Positions 19,586 to 27,827 of a stretch of 30,360 nucleotides of DNA are shown piece by piece. The stretch is from a virus (Duplodnaviria > Caudoviricetes). Made by a program: the position numbers and the translations under genes. Numbering within the stretch: the stretch's first letter is position 1; the number at the start of each line of letters is the position of its first letter. The stretch covers positions 1 through 30,360 of the IMG/VR virus record IMGVR_UViG_3300032237_000074; one strand, 5' to 3'. The notes below the pieces were generated by a model. That model did no database searches and was not told the origin of the DNA. It saw nothing but the letters and a program-made list of their open reading frames with translations.

Positions 19586-21667
19586 TTATATTGCACGCTC
19601 AGTTGTTTCCAACGATGCCGCGTGCGTCGATGCCTTGTCTAAATGAGCCAACAATAGTGCAATTTCGCCCTTCATGCGCTCAATTTCCAATTGCGTCTGA
19701 GTTTTAAGCACAGTATCGTGCGCCTGGGTGCTTGTCCGCATTTCCATGTCTTTATGGCGTTCTTCGTTCCGCAATTCAATATCGTGGGCGCGGTTGGTTT
19801 CCTTAATAAGCGTCCGCTTGGTTTCAGCATCTTGCTTAACTTGCTCAATGTCTTGGCGGGTTTTAATCATTTGCTGCATTTGCTGGATAGCCTGCTGCAT
19901 TTGCTGCATTTGCGCCTGATTTGCCTTGAGTTGCATCTGAACTTGCGGTGGCACAGGTGATTTCTCATCAATCTGCGCCATTGGGTTAACGGCGGCCAGC
20001 CGGTCAGCAATGATGTCCGCGCCAGGAAAGTCCATATTGCGGAAGATAAGGTCGCCAGCCTGCTGCATGAGTTGCGGGTCAACGTTCAGCATTTTGACCA
20101 TTGAATCTACGGCCTCTTGACGCTTGCTGTTGTAGCCTGGGCCAGTATCCATCACCACATCGTATTCGCCCACAGTCATGTCGTGCATGATTGTATATAC
20201 GCCCTGCGCGTCTTGTTTTGGCTCGTTGATGTTCACCAAGTCGGGCTTTCCATCGTCTCCAATAATCCGCATCACCCGCTGAGAATCGTAAATCTTGGGG
20301 ATAAGGTCAAGAATAATCGTGCCGGTTTGCGCGATGGATTTGGTCAGGTTGTCGTAGAAATCAAAGTTGGTCAGGTCAACTTGTTGCTGTTGGCCGTTCA
20401 GCGCCTTACCCGAAATGTTTCCAGGCAGTTGCTGGCTTGGGTCAAAAATGCCCATCAGCGTCGCAATGTCTTGGTTAATGCCTTGTGCAGCGGCCATCAC
20501 GCCGGTTGGAGGCGGCTCAGGCTGTAGGCGCTGTGGAGGCGGTGCGGGCTGCCCGTCAATGTCGGTTTGCTTGTAGCGCAGCAGCGGGAAAGACTTAATG
20601 TTGGCCGCTGCCCATTCGGTTTCGTGGCCTTCGTCTTGCCCTTCGGCCATCAACCACTTAGCTTTTGGCGCCAGCGCGACGCTTTCGGTAACCGTTGTTT
20701 GCCAAAAGTTATACATCCGCTGCGCGTCTTTAGCGTGGCGCACCATGCCAAACTTTTTGCGTTTGTCGCCGATGACGATGTGGCGGCCATAAACCGGCAC
20801 GACGGGAATGTAAGAGCCAGGCCAATCGCGTTCTTCAATAACCTCAATGGCGGTCAGTTTTTTCCACTTTATTACTTTTTTGTATGAATCACGCTCATCA
20901 ATCACGGTCAAACCGGATAAGGCCATGCGTTCTTTCATGTCTTTATCCATGAATCCCTGAGTGCCATCGGACAGTTTGACCAGTTTGGCAGGCTCCCGAC
21001 GGGTGTAGAAATACTCCGCAATGCGAATGTCTTCCTTGGTAATCCACTCGGATTGGCTGTCGCCCGTGCCGCGCTGGGTGAAGCTGCTGCCATCGTCGCA
21101 ATCGGGGTACAACTCGCGGAATTTGGCCTTGCTCATCATGGTTGTGATGAGACAGCGGTCAGCGTCTGAGCCGTTTACGGCCTCAGAATTGGGGTCAAAG
21201 TAGACGGTGAACGGGTTTTGGATAGCCTCAATAAAGATTTCTTGGTCGAAGCTGTCCTGCTTTACATAGTCGGTTGTAACGCGCCAATAACCCCAACCCA
21301 TCCGCACGGCGTGGTCAAAAGCGGTGTCATAGGCGTTGTCCGCATTGGAGTTAATCTCAATGTGGCGGCATATGCCTTCGATGATTTCGGCGGTTTTAAC
21401 GTCTGCTTGGGTGTTTGTCGGGTGTACCTTGATGCGTGGGCGCTGCTGGCGCTGCTGATTGGTCACCTGGCGGCAATACCCATCCAGCTTATTGATTGTC
21501 AGGACAGGGCGCGATTCAAGATTGCGGGAGTTTTGTAGGTCAACCGGCCATTGGTCGCCGCCTGAGACAAATTTAAGGTCTTCGAGCGCCTCTTGGCGGT
21601 TCATTGTGTCCGCGTCGTTGCAAAGTTTGAGAAAGTCCTTTGCTTCGTCAATGATTGATTCGTCCAT
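19586..21667 (-). CDS. Portal protein (P22 gp1-like)
   Basis: 693 aa; GDQWP...RPVLTINKL, KDAQRMYN, SGKA, G.YDV..DTGP.Y..KRQE motifs; Gln-rich C-terminal barrel coiled coil. Confidence 0.95.
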   Translation of the reverse strand: MDESIIDEAKDFLKLCNDADTMNRQEALEDLKFVSGGDQWPVDLQNSRNLESRPVLTINKLDGYCRQVTNQQRQQRPRIKVHPTNTQADVKTAEIIEGICRHIEINSNADNAYDTAFDHAVRMGWGYWRVTTDYVKQDSFDQEIFIEAIQNPFTVYFDPNSEAVNGSDADRCLITTMMSKAKFRELYPDCDDGSSFTQRGTGDSQSEWITKEDIRIAEYFYTRREPAKLVKLSDGTQGFMDKDMKERMALSGLTVIDERDSYKKVIKWKKLTAIEVIEERDWPGSYIPVVPVYGRHIVIGDKRKKFGMVRHAKDAQRMYNFWQTTVTESVALAPKAKWLMAEGQDEGHETEWAAANIKSFPLLRYKQTDIDGQPAPPPQRLQPEPPPTGVMAAAQGINQDIATLMGIFDPSQQLPGNISGKALNGQQQQVDLTNFDFYDNLTKSIAQTGTIILDLIPKIYDSQRVMRIIGDDGKPDLVNINEPKQDAQGVYTIMHDMTVGEYDVVMDTGPGYNSKRQEAVDSMVKMLNVDPQLMQQAGDLIFRNMDFPGADIIADRLAAVNPMAQIDEKSPVPPQVQMQLKANQAQMQQMQQAIQQMQQMIKTRQDIEQVKQDAETKRTLIKETNRAHDIELRNEERHKDMEMRTSTQAHDTVLKTQTQLEIERMKGEIALLLAHLDKASTHAASLETTERAI

Positions 21668-22951
21668 TTAGCCCATCCAATTCTGTGGTTGAACGAAAGT
21701 TGGCTTTGACACTCGTTTACGCGGCTCATTTACAACAAGGCCGAGCATCCGAAAAGCATCGGCTCCGTGCGAAAACTGGTCGTGCAGCGGGTTTTTGCTG
21801 AACATTTTGGTGTCGGGGTCAACCTCGTAGCGGTAATGCCGCAAGCATTGTAGCCCATCGTAACAGTTTTCCCTATCAAACCAGCAATTCCTAAACAGGG
21901 TACGCGCCGCGTTAATACTGTCCACAATTGGCGTTCTAGGAATGATTTTGGTCTTATAGCCTGCGCCTCTGACGATTTGGTCAATGCTTCGGCCTGCAGC
22001 GGCCAGCGTTTTGTTCTCAGCGTCATGCGGCAACCATAAGGTATCGTAAACGTAGCCGTAGGTTTGCATCTTAGCTAAGTAATCGGAGATGGTCTTTTGG
22101 TTGTCCTCATGGTAGCGGATAAGCCTGGTCTCCATGCCAATGAACTGGACAAACCATATCGCAGTCGCATCCGACCAGCCAAGGTCAAACACGGCGTGAA
22201 CCGGCTTCATGGGGTCATATCCTACCTTAGTGATGCGGCCATCCAACTCGGCCATCTGCATCTCGCGGGCAAAGATAGCGCCGTCCACAGTTTGGCGGCA
22301 GATTCCTTCCCATACGGTGTTATATGCCTCAATGTCGCGCATCTTGAGCGCGTCTTTCTCTAGCATCAACGTCTCGGGGAACCAGGGATTGTCCGACCAG
22401 TTAATTTTTTGGACGACGGAGTTCTCAGGTGGGTGCAGCACAAACCGCTGATAGGTCTCGTCTGTCTCCAACTCAGGGTTAAACGTGACCCATATTTCGC
22501 TGCCTTCTTTGCGGATGGTTGGAATCAGGATGTTCCACGATAGGCGGCTGGTGGTTTGCGCTTCCTCTACCCAGCAAATATCCACGCCTTCGTAGGATTT
22601 GACATTGGCGACATTGTTCTTTAGGCCGACAAAGGCGAACTCAGTCCCGTTTTTGCCCCGAATACTAGCCTGGGTGATTTCGTAGAAGCCCTCTAGCCCC
22701 AAGTCAATGATTTGGTCGCACAGCAGCTTGTGGACGGAATCTTTGATGGAAGTCTGAAACTCACGGGCGCAAAGGATACGCAAGCTGCGTTGTGCGCCTT
22801 TTATGAGCAATGCTCGAGCAACACCCCAAGACTTAGCCCCACCGCGGCCACCATGCAAGATTCGGTAGCGGCTTTTCTCAGGCTGAAACAGGCATTCCAG
22901 TTTGACCGGAAACTGTGCTTTTGCTACCGCTTCTTTAATTTGGCTTGACAA
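21668..22951 (-). CDS. terL: Terminase large subunit (PBSX-type)
   Basis: Walker A GGRGGAKS; CAREFQ.SI; Walker B WVEEA; TFNP; nuclease DLG.SD and SHGADAFR; TTG start uncertain. Confidence 0.96.
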   Translation of the reverse strand: MSSQIKEAVAKAQFPVKLECLFQPEKSRYRILHGGRGGAKSWGVARALLIKGAQRSLRILCAREFQTSIKDSVHKLLCDQIIDLGLEGFYEITQASIRGKNGTEFAFVGLKNNVANVKSYEGVDICWVEEAQTTSRLSWNILIPTIRKEGSEIWVTFNPELETDETYQRFVLHPPENSVVQKINWSDNPWFPETLMLEKDALKMRDIEAYNTVWEGICRQTVDGAIFAREMQMAELDGRITKVGYDPMKPVHAVFDLGWSDATAIWFVQFIGMETRLIRYHEDNQKTISDYLAKMQTYGYVYDTLWLPHDAENKTLAAAGRSIDQIVRGAGYKTKIIPRTPIVDSINAARTLFRNCWFDRENCYDGLQCLRHYRYEVDPDTKMFSKNPLHDQFSHGADAFRMLGLVVNEPRKRVSKPTFVQPQNWMG

Positions 22952-23336
22952 AGCTGACTTCGATGCCGGTTAATAAAGGTGCGCCATCTGCGCCTGTAAT
23001 CTCTTGTTTGACACTCTCGCGGTACTTCTTAGGGAATCGTGCAGCCATTGAACGTGACCACAATGATGCGTTCAGCTTCGGCCCTTGGTGTGTTTCAACC
23101 ATGTAAGCCTGCGCTTGGTCTTCCCACCATGTCTGTTCCAATTCCTTTGCATATTCCAAGGCGTGCAGAAACTGCTCGTGCTTATCACGCCAATCGAATA
23201 AGACCCTAGTAGAAACCCCTATATCGGCTGCTATTTGTTCAATAGACTTGCCAACTCTACCCAACTCAACTACGCGCTCACAGTATTCCTCTCTGTAGAG
23301 CGTTGGGCGGCCACCAGGGTGTTTAGCTTCGGTCAC
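22935..23336 (-). CDS. terS: Terminase small subunit
   Basis: GRPTLY + HTH; KQEITGADGAPL C-motif; directly upstream of terL. Confidence 0.88.
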   Translation of the reverse strand: MTEAKHPGGRPTLYREEYCERVVELGRVGKSIEQIAADIGVSTRVLFDWRDKHEQFLHALEYAKELEQTWWEDQAQAYMVETHQGPKLNASLWSRSMAARFPKKYRESVKQEITGADGAPLLTGIEVSFVKPN

Positions 23337-23470
23337 TTTTTCTTCTTCTCTGCTTCGCGCTTTACGGCGTAACCAATCGCAACCGCTTGCTTAGGCGGTT
23401 TGCCAGCCTTGATTTCGGCCTTAATGTTCTCATTCAGCGCTTTGGGTGTCGGTGATTTCTTTAGGGGCAT
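23333..23470 (-). CDS. Small Lys-rich protein, 45 aa
   Basis: Manual translation MPLKKSPTPKALNENIKAEIKAGKPPKQAVAIGYAVKREAEKKKK; GGAG RBS; GTGA overlap with terS; not in ORF track. Confidence 0.8.
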   Translation of the reverse strand: MPLKKSPTPKALNENIKAEIKAGKPPKQAVAIGYAVKREAEKKKK

Positions 23471-23600
23471 CTTGCTTCTCCAGTTCGGTTAGCGTCCATT
23501 GACATTGTTGCAGCGCACCATTGATTTGGTGAATCTGCGCTTCCAGTTCGCGGCCTTTAGCCATGAGGTCTTGGATTCTTGCGGTGATTAGGTCTTTCAT
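23430..23600 (-). CDS. Small coiled-coil protein
   Basis: Start at MKDLITARI (ATGA overlap); heptad pattern. Confidence 0.65.
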   Translation of the reverse strand: MKDLITARIQDLMAKGRELEAQIHQINGALQQCQWTLTELEKQDAPKEITDTQSAE

Positions 23601-23806
23601 GCTTTCTCTTTCGCTGCTTCTACATCTGTCCACAAAGCGCAAGGAATGTCGTTAATCTTTGTGATTTCGACTGCCCCGTGCGGCAAAACGATTTCTTTGT
23701 CAAAATGCACCCACAAATGAGTGTGTACGCCATACAAAGGGATGGCATATCCTTTGTCAAAAAACTCTTTTGTCGTGTTGTATTTGCCAATAAGTTCTTT
23801 AGTCAT
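23597..23806 (-). CDS. Hypothetical protein
   Basis: MTKELIGK...; TGATG and ATGA coupling. Confidence 0.6.
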   Translation of the reverse strand: MTKELIGKYNTTKEFFDKGYAIPLYGVHTHLWVHFDKEIVLPHGAVEITKINDIPCALWTDVEAAKEKA

Positions 23807-24075
23807 CAGCAATTCCAGTTTTTCAGTGACGCTTTGGCGCGTTCGGCTGGGCCTTTGGCGTTCTTAACCACACCTTCCATCCGCGCACAAAATGATGCTT
23901 TGCGGCCTTCGTCCTTCTTTGTCTTAGGATTTGGCGCAGGCGGCTTGAGGTTTGAGCCGTTCTTGGCGTTGTATTCAGCGCGGCCCTTAGCGGTCATGCC
24001 AGCGCCTTTGTCCGTCGGGTTGTAGGTCTTGCCCTTACCCGTCGTTTTATGCTCAATGGGCTTATCGTGCTTCAT
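23806..24075 (-). CDS. Small basic phage protein
   Basis: AGMTAKGRAEYN...LKPP...RKASFCARM...SLKNWNC pattern common in aquatic phages. Confidence 0.8.
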   Translation of the reverse strand: MKHDKPIEHKTTGKGKTYNPTDKGAGMTAKGRAEYNAKNGSNLKPPAPNPKTKKDEGRKASFCARMEGVVKNAKGPAERAKASLKNWNC

Positions 24076-24230
24076 TTCTTGGCCGTTTTAGCGGATTGCT
24101 TAAACGCCTCGGCGGTTGGTGCGCCCTTTGTGCCAGGTTTACGCATTTTTTCTACGGGTTTACCCGCAGCTTTTTCCTGCTTGATGCGTTCCTGCTTGGC
24201 GTGAATGTTGGCATAGAGTCCAGGTTTCAT
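24072..24230 (-). CDS. Small basic phage protein
   Basis: MKPGLYANIHAKQERIK...MRKPGTKGAPTAEAFKQSAKTAKK; GGAGG RBS; ATGA overlaps. Confidence 0.8.
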   Translation of the reverse strand: MKPGLYANIHAKQERIKQEKAAGKPVEKMRKPGTKGAPTAEAFKQSAKTAKK

Positions 24231-24508
24231 ACTTCCTCCACAAAACAAATGTCCTGCCAACTCATGCGGAGATGGCGCTGGTCGTCAATGGTAATGGTAT
24301 CAAATTTAAGGTATTCGTTTTGGTAGTCTTTAGCCAAAGTCCCAAAATAGACCTTATCGCCGACTTTTAAGCCTTCGGCTGCGGCTTCGTCACCTACCGC
24401 GGTAATGTAGCCAACGGTGTCCGCTTCTGCGGTTTTGACCCATAAATCGCTCTTGATGCGCGTTTCGGGCCTGACGATGATTTTGTCTCTAAGCGGCTTG
24501 AACATCAT
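24227..24508 (-). CDS. groES: GroES/Cpn10-like co-chaperonin
   Basis: KPLRDKIIVRP...G.ITAVG...LKVGDKVYF...QDI; 93 aa. Confidence 0.8.
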   Translation of the reverse strand: MMFKPLRDKIIVRPETRIKSDLWVKTAEADTVGYITAVGDEAAAEGLKVGDKVYFGTLAKDYQNEYLKFDTITIDDQRHLRMSWQDICFVEEV

Positions 24509-24683
24509 TGTCCTTTCGGAGTTTGAGTGTTTTTGTCTGCCGTTTGGCTACTGGCGGGTCTTTTCGAAACTCGCCGCACCATTCAGTTTCGTGTTTGGTT
24601 ACGAAACGCGGATAACGCCGACATTGACCAATTCGGTCAGTTTCAGCGAAATAGACGCATATCTTACAATTGCTCTCAGCCAT
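24489..24683 (-). CDS. Small Cys-rich metal-binding protein
   Basis: CxxC...GQCRRYP...WCGEF. Confidence 0.7.
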   Translation of the reverse strand: MAESNCKICVYFAETDRIGQCRRYPRFVTKHETEWCGEFRKDPPVAKRQTKTLKLRKDNDVQAA

Positions 24684-24705
24684 ATAGCCCTTTCTATGTG
24701 GTCAG

Positions 24706-24739
24706 GGAAACCGAGAAGTTACCGCTTCTCGGAGACCCG
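24706..24739. terminator. Intergenic hairpin (terminator or processing site)
   Basis: ccgagaag-ttaccg-cttctcgg perfect 8-bp stem with outer ggg/ccc; weak U-tract. Confidence 0.5.
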
Positions 24740-24740
24740 C

Positions 24741-25073
24741 TTATTTGTCTTGCTCGTGTTCCATGCGCTCGTGGGTGTAGCACTCGTGTTCACGGCTACC
24801 GCCCTTCATCTCACCCATTCGGCCATCGTGCATACCCATGTGCTTGGCTTCGCGCAGACCCAGGCCATCGGCCTTGCCCATGCCGACACCGCCTTCGATG
24901 GGCATCTTGCGCTCACCGGAAGTATCAGATGCGGTTGCGCCCTTGGGAGGGGTAGCGCCGGTCATGCTTTTTGCGCCGCCGTATTCGCGGTCAACTTTAG
25001 ACACACCGACCTTTTTCATGCCCGACATATCGGCTTTTCCGGCATTCGGAATGCTTTTAGCTTCGTATCCCAT
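24741..25073 (-). CDS. Gly/Met/Lys-rich, probably disordered protein
   Basis: 110 aa; AAGGA RBS; first gene after the candidate late promoter. Confidence 0.7.
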   Translation of the reverse strand: MGYEAKSIPNAGKADMSGMKKVGVSKVDREYGGAKSMTGATPPKGATASDTSGERKMPIEGGVGMGKADGLGLREAKHMGMHDGRMGEMKGGSREHECYTHERMEHEQDK

Positions 25074-25081
25074 AATTTTTT

Positions 25082-25152
25082 CCTTGCAAGGTTAAAATGT
25101 CATTGTGCCACAATGGGCATCTCATTATAGGAGTTTTTTGCTATGGCTACAA
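25082..25152 (-). promoter_or_regulatory. Candidate late promoter with palindromic sites
   Basis: Minus TTGTAG(25152-25147)-17 nt-TATAAT(25129-25124); palindromes cattgtg-c-cacaatg (25101-25115) and ccttgcaagg (25082-25091). Confidence 0.55.
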
Positions 25153-25358
25153 ATTTCAAATTTACGGCTGAAAAGGCCAAACACACCCAGCCTTCCAACT
25201 ACGTCATCGAGCGCGAATACAAAGCCGAGCGCCGCAAGGTCATGGAACTTGAGAAAGAACTTAAAACCCATGAGCGTACGGACGCGGCCCATGCCCATCC
25301 TATGCACCGTTCCCATGAAACTCAACCGGATGCCCCGCTGCCTTCAATGCGGAAATAG
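25143..25358 (+). CDS. His-rich small protein on the opposite strand
   Basis: AGGAG RBS; 71 aa; short coiled coil followed by HAHPMHRSH. Confidence 0.7.
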   Translation: MATNFKFTAEKAKHTQPSNYVIEREYKAERRKVMELEKELKTHERTDAAHAHPMHRSHETQPDAPLPSMRK

Positions 25359-25668
25359 TCCTCTCGTGGGCGGCTTGCCACATGGCTTGTCGCTCATGCT
25401 TTGACAAGGTAGCGCCCTGGTCTAAGTTAAAGTGACACCGAAAGCACAGGCTGGCGATTAAATCGTCGGATGCCTTAATTCCCCGTCCTTTGCCGCCGCC
25501 CCAATTTGTGTGTGCGGCCACCACAGTCCCGTCATCCAGCCCGCAATGCTGACACGGCAGGCTTCGCGCTGCTTTTAGCAGGCTTTTGCTTCTGACATAG
25601 GATTGTTTCGCCCGTCCAAAACCGGTGTTCGTTAGCGCATTCATAGCGTCGTTTTCTTGAGTTGTCAT
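25300..25668 (-). CDS. Zn-binding HNH-like nuclease (Ref/DUF1364-like)
   Basis: CQHCG...VVAAH...GRGIKASD...LCFRCH; start uncertain. Confidence 0.75.
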   Translation of the reverse strand: MTTQENDAMNALTNTGFGRAKQSYVRSKSLLKAARSLPCQHCGLDDGTVVAAHTNWGGGKGRGIKASDDLIASLCFRCHFNLDQGATLSKHERQAMWQAAHERTISALKAAGHPVEFHGNGA

Positions 25669-25723
25669 CTTTCAGTACCGTCTGTTTCACAAAAGTCCAT
25701 GACCCGCATACAGGGCATTTCAT
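25532..25723 (-). CDS. Zinc-ribbon protein (NrdR-N/Ogr-like)
   Basis: MKCPVCG...RRYECANEHRF.T.E; ATGA overlap. Confidence 0.7.
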   Translation of the reverse strand: MKCPVCGSWTFVKQTVLKDDNSRKRRYECANEHRFWTGETILCQKQKPAKSSAKPAVSALRAG

Positions 25724-26121
25724 ACGTCAATTCCTTTATTAGTTGCCCAGGCAATTAAAAATTCTATGAACTCGCTTGAATCCTCTACCGTGAATTTGTG
25801 AGACTGCAGGCCAAGCTGCACGACCCGTTCACCATCTAGGCTTGGCGCGACCTTGCCAATTTTGCGGCCAGTCTCATGCGCCCATTGGTCTATCAGCAGG
25901 CGTTTCCAATCGTCGGCAGTCCACGTTGACCCCGCGGTCGCCATTTGCTTGGCGATTTTCTCAATGATGCTGTGGAACATATCGTTTTGCTCGGTGCTGC
26001 GCCTGCTTTGCTTAATTTCCAAGCGCATTTTCTTGCCAAGCGCAAGCGATTCCTTGACCTTGGGCCATAGGTCTTTCATCACTGTGGTGGCCTGGGTAGG
26101 GCTATACAGGTGAACTATCAC
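25720..26121 (-). CDS. ninB: NinB-family recombination protein
   Basis: RSTEQN.MFH...W...DWK...VQLG....F......FIEFL.AW. Confidence 0.85.
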   Translation of the reverse strand: MIVHLYSPTQATTVMKDLWPKVKESLALGKKMRLEIKQSRRSTEQNDMFHSIIEKIAKQMATAGSTWTADDWKRLLIDQWAHETGRKIGKVAPSLDGERVVQLGLQSHKFTVEDSSEFIEFLIAWATNKGIDV

Positions 26122-26395
26122 TCATGTTCCTTATGAGGTTTTGCGCGGCTTCTACCGAGTCAATCAAGGCCACCGTCCCGCCATTCCAACCAGTCAGAAA
26201 AGCGCTTTGCTTAACATTTAACCCTTTTTTGCCGTAGGCGCTGGTCGGGTCTTTGACTTCGACTAGGGCCGTTTTTCCCGCGTAGCCTACCAAGAGGTCT
26301 ACCGGCAGCTTTAGAACGAATACAGAGGCTCCTGATGCCCTCAGCGCGGCAACTATCTCACCTTGATTCGCGTCAACCCTTGCGGCGTGTCTCAT
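26102..26395 (-). CDS. PD-(D/E)XK endonuclease (VRR-NUC/resolvase-like)
   Basis: AARVDANQ.EIV.ALR..G.SV...DLLVGY.G...LVEVKD...Q..F...W. Confidence 0.8.
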   Translation of the reverse strand: MRHAARVDANQGEIVAALRASGASVFVLKLPVDLLVGYAGKTALVEVKDPTSAYGKKGLNVKQSAFLTGWNGGTVALIDSVEAAQNLIRNMSDSSPV

Positions 26396-27666
26396 AACAA
26401 AGCATCAACCGCTTGAATTCTTTTGCCAATCCATGCCATCACAGGCACAGCCATTGAGTTGCCCAGCGCCTTGTACCTTGGCCCGTCAGGAGTTGCCTTG
26501 CCCTTGGGCTGGATGTCGGTGTATTTGTCAGGAAAACCTTGCAGGCGCTCACACTCCACAGGAGTCAGGCGGCGCACAGCCATTGCTTGTGCTACGGCCA
26601 TTGGATTTTTGGCTTCCAATGTTTGAGTCATGTCCACATCAGTCTGTGGGTTTGACATCTGCCCGCTGAATGCAATGGGTTGCAATATTGCCGTACCTCC
26701 TTGATGCATTTCTGGATTACTTGCCGATGCATCCAAAGTCTTTGATGCATGAGCATTTGTGACATGAATATCATTTTTCAATGCGCCTTTACCTGGAGAA
26801 ATGTTGTAAGCAATCGGCTGCGCCACCGTGTTATCAAATACGCCACCAGCAGCACAACGCAATGCGGTGACTGTTTCGGATGTTGTTTGGTTGTAAGCGT
26901 CAAATGCAATAAGTTGAGCTGGCACAAACATAGGACAACCGGCATTAACGTGCTGATTTTCTAAACCCATTTTTGTGCCAAATGTGGTGTCAAGAGTGCT
27001 ACTTATTTCAGCGGGCCATTGTTGAACTGCAACCATTGGATGTTCTACGTCAACGCCGCCTGTTCCAACGCTTGCCTTAATTGTTGGGGCAACTGTTTTC
27101 CCCTTTTCTCGGCTCGGCGCAAGATGCCCTTGCAAGCTATGGCGCTCAAAAAGTACCGCTGCGGCAGGTCGCCAGTCTCCAAGGTATCCGACAACGAACA
27201 CACGTTTGCGTCGCTGTGCCAGTCCGAAATATTGAGCGTCAAGCACCCTGTATGCGAACCCATACCCGAGGATTGCCAACCCTCCGAGGAAGGAACCAAA
27301 GTCCCGTCCATCAGCGGAGGACAAAACGCCGGGGACGTTCTCCCAGACCAACCAGTTGGGGCGATATCGTTTAGCAATGGCAAGATAGGTAAGCATGAGG
27401 TTGCCACGAGGGTCATCCAATCCTTTTCTGAGTCCTGCGACTGAGAAAGATTGGCATGGTGTTCCTCCAACGAAAACATCGACATCTGCATCAGGCCACT
27501 CCTTAAATTTGGTCATGTCGCCCAAATTGGGCACTACTGGGTAATGGTGTTGTAGCACCTTGCAAGGGAATGGCTCAATCTCTGAATATGCTACCGATTC
27601 CCAACCCAATGGATGCCAGGCAACACTTGCCGCCTCAATTCCGCTGCAAACAGAAAGAAATTTCAT
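26392..27666 (-). CDS. DNA (cytosine-5) methyltransferase
   Basis: Motif I SVCSGI; IV GGTPCQSFS; VI WENVPG; VIII QRRKRVF; IX RRLTPVECERLQGFP; X YKALGNS. Confidence 0.95.
   Translation of the reverse strand: MKFLSVCSGIEAASVAWHPLGWESVAYSEIEPFPCKVLQHHYPVVPNLGDMTKFKEWPDADVDVFVGGTPCQSFSVAGLRKGLDDPRGNLMLTYLAIAKRYRPNWLVWENVPGVLSSADGRDFGSFLGGLAILGYGFAYRVLDAQYFGLAQRRKRVFVVGYLGDWRPAAAVLFERHSLQGHLAPSREKGKTVAPTIKASVGTGGVDVEHPMVAVQQWPAEISSTLDTTFGTKMGLENQHVNAGCPMFVPAQLIAFDAYNQTTSETVTALRCAAGGVFDNTVAQPIAYNISPGKGALKNDIHVTNAHASKTLDASASNPEMHQGGTAILQPIAFSGQMSNPQTDVDMTQTLEAKNPMAVAQAMAVRRLTPVECERLQGFPDKYTDIQPKGKATPDGPRYKALGNSMAVPVMAWIGKRIQAVDALL
27045..27491 (-). CDS. Overprinted alternative-frame protein inside the MTase (M.EcoHK31I beta-like)
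   Basis: 148 aa, +1 frame; AAGGAG (27499-27504) 7 nt before ATG; C-terminal SLSDTLE...RYFLS..ACKGILRRAEKRGKQLP. Confidence 0.7.
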   Translation of the reverse strand: MQMSMFSLEEHHANLSQSQDSEKDWMTLVATSCLPILPLLNDIAPTGWSGRTSPAFCPPLMDGTLVPSSEGWQSSGMGSHTGCLTLNISDWHSDANVCSLSDTLETGDLPQRYFLSAIACKGILRRAEKRGKQLPQQLRQALEQAALT

Positions 27667-27827
27667 TTCTTCATTTCTTTCAAAACGTGGGCTTTAATGC
27701 CCGCAAACAAGTCATCTTCATCCATGCGCTGCACTTCGCGCCAGGCCCATTCTTTCCAAGCTGGTAGATGGCATAAGCGCACCATGTCAGCAAAGACGCG
27801 CTCACGGATTGCAATAGGGTCATACAC
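27663..27827 (-). CDS. Hypothetical protein, 54 aa
   Basis: Manual translation from GTG: MYDPIAIRERVFADMVRLCHLPAWKEWAWREVQRMDEDDLFAGIKAHVLKEMKK; ATGA overlap with MTase; not in ORF track. Confidence 0.6.
   Translation of the reverse strand: MYDPIAIRERVFADMVRLCHLPAWKEWAWREVQRMDEDDLFAGIKAHVLKEMKK

Noticed and set aside
24417-25130. 237-aa plus-strand ORF
   Set aside because: Spans three well-supported minus-strand genes in antisense; no RBS or motif support.
25300-27666. Methyltransferase plus nucleases as a restriction-modification system
   Set aside because: The nucleases resemble common nin-region types; an orphan anti-restriction MTase is the simpler explanation.
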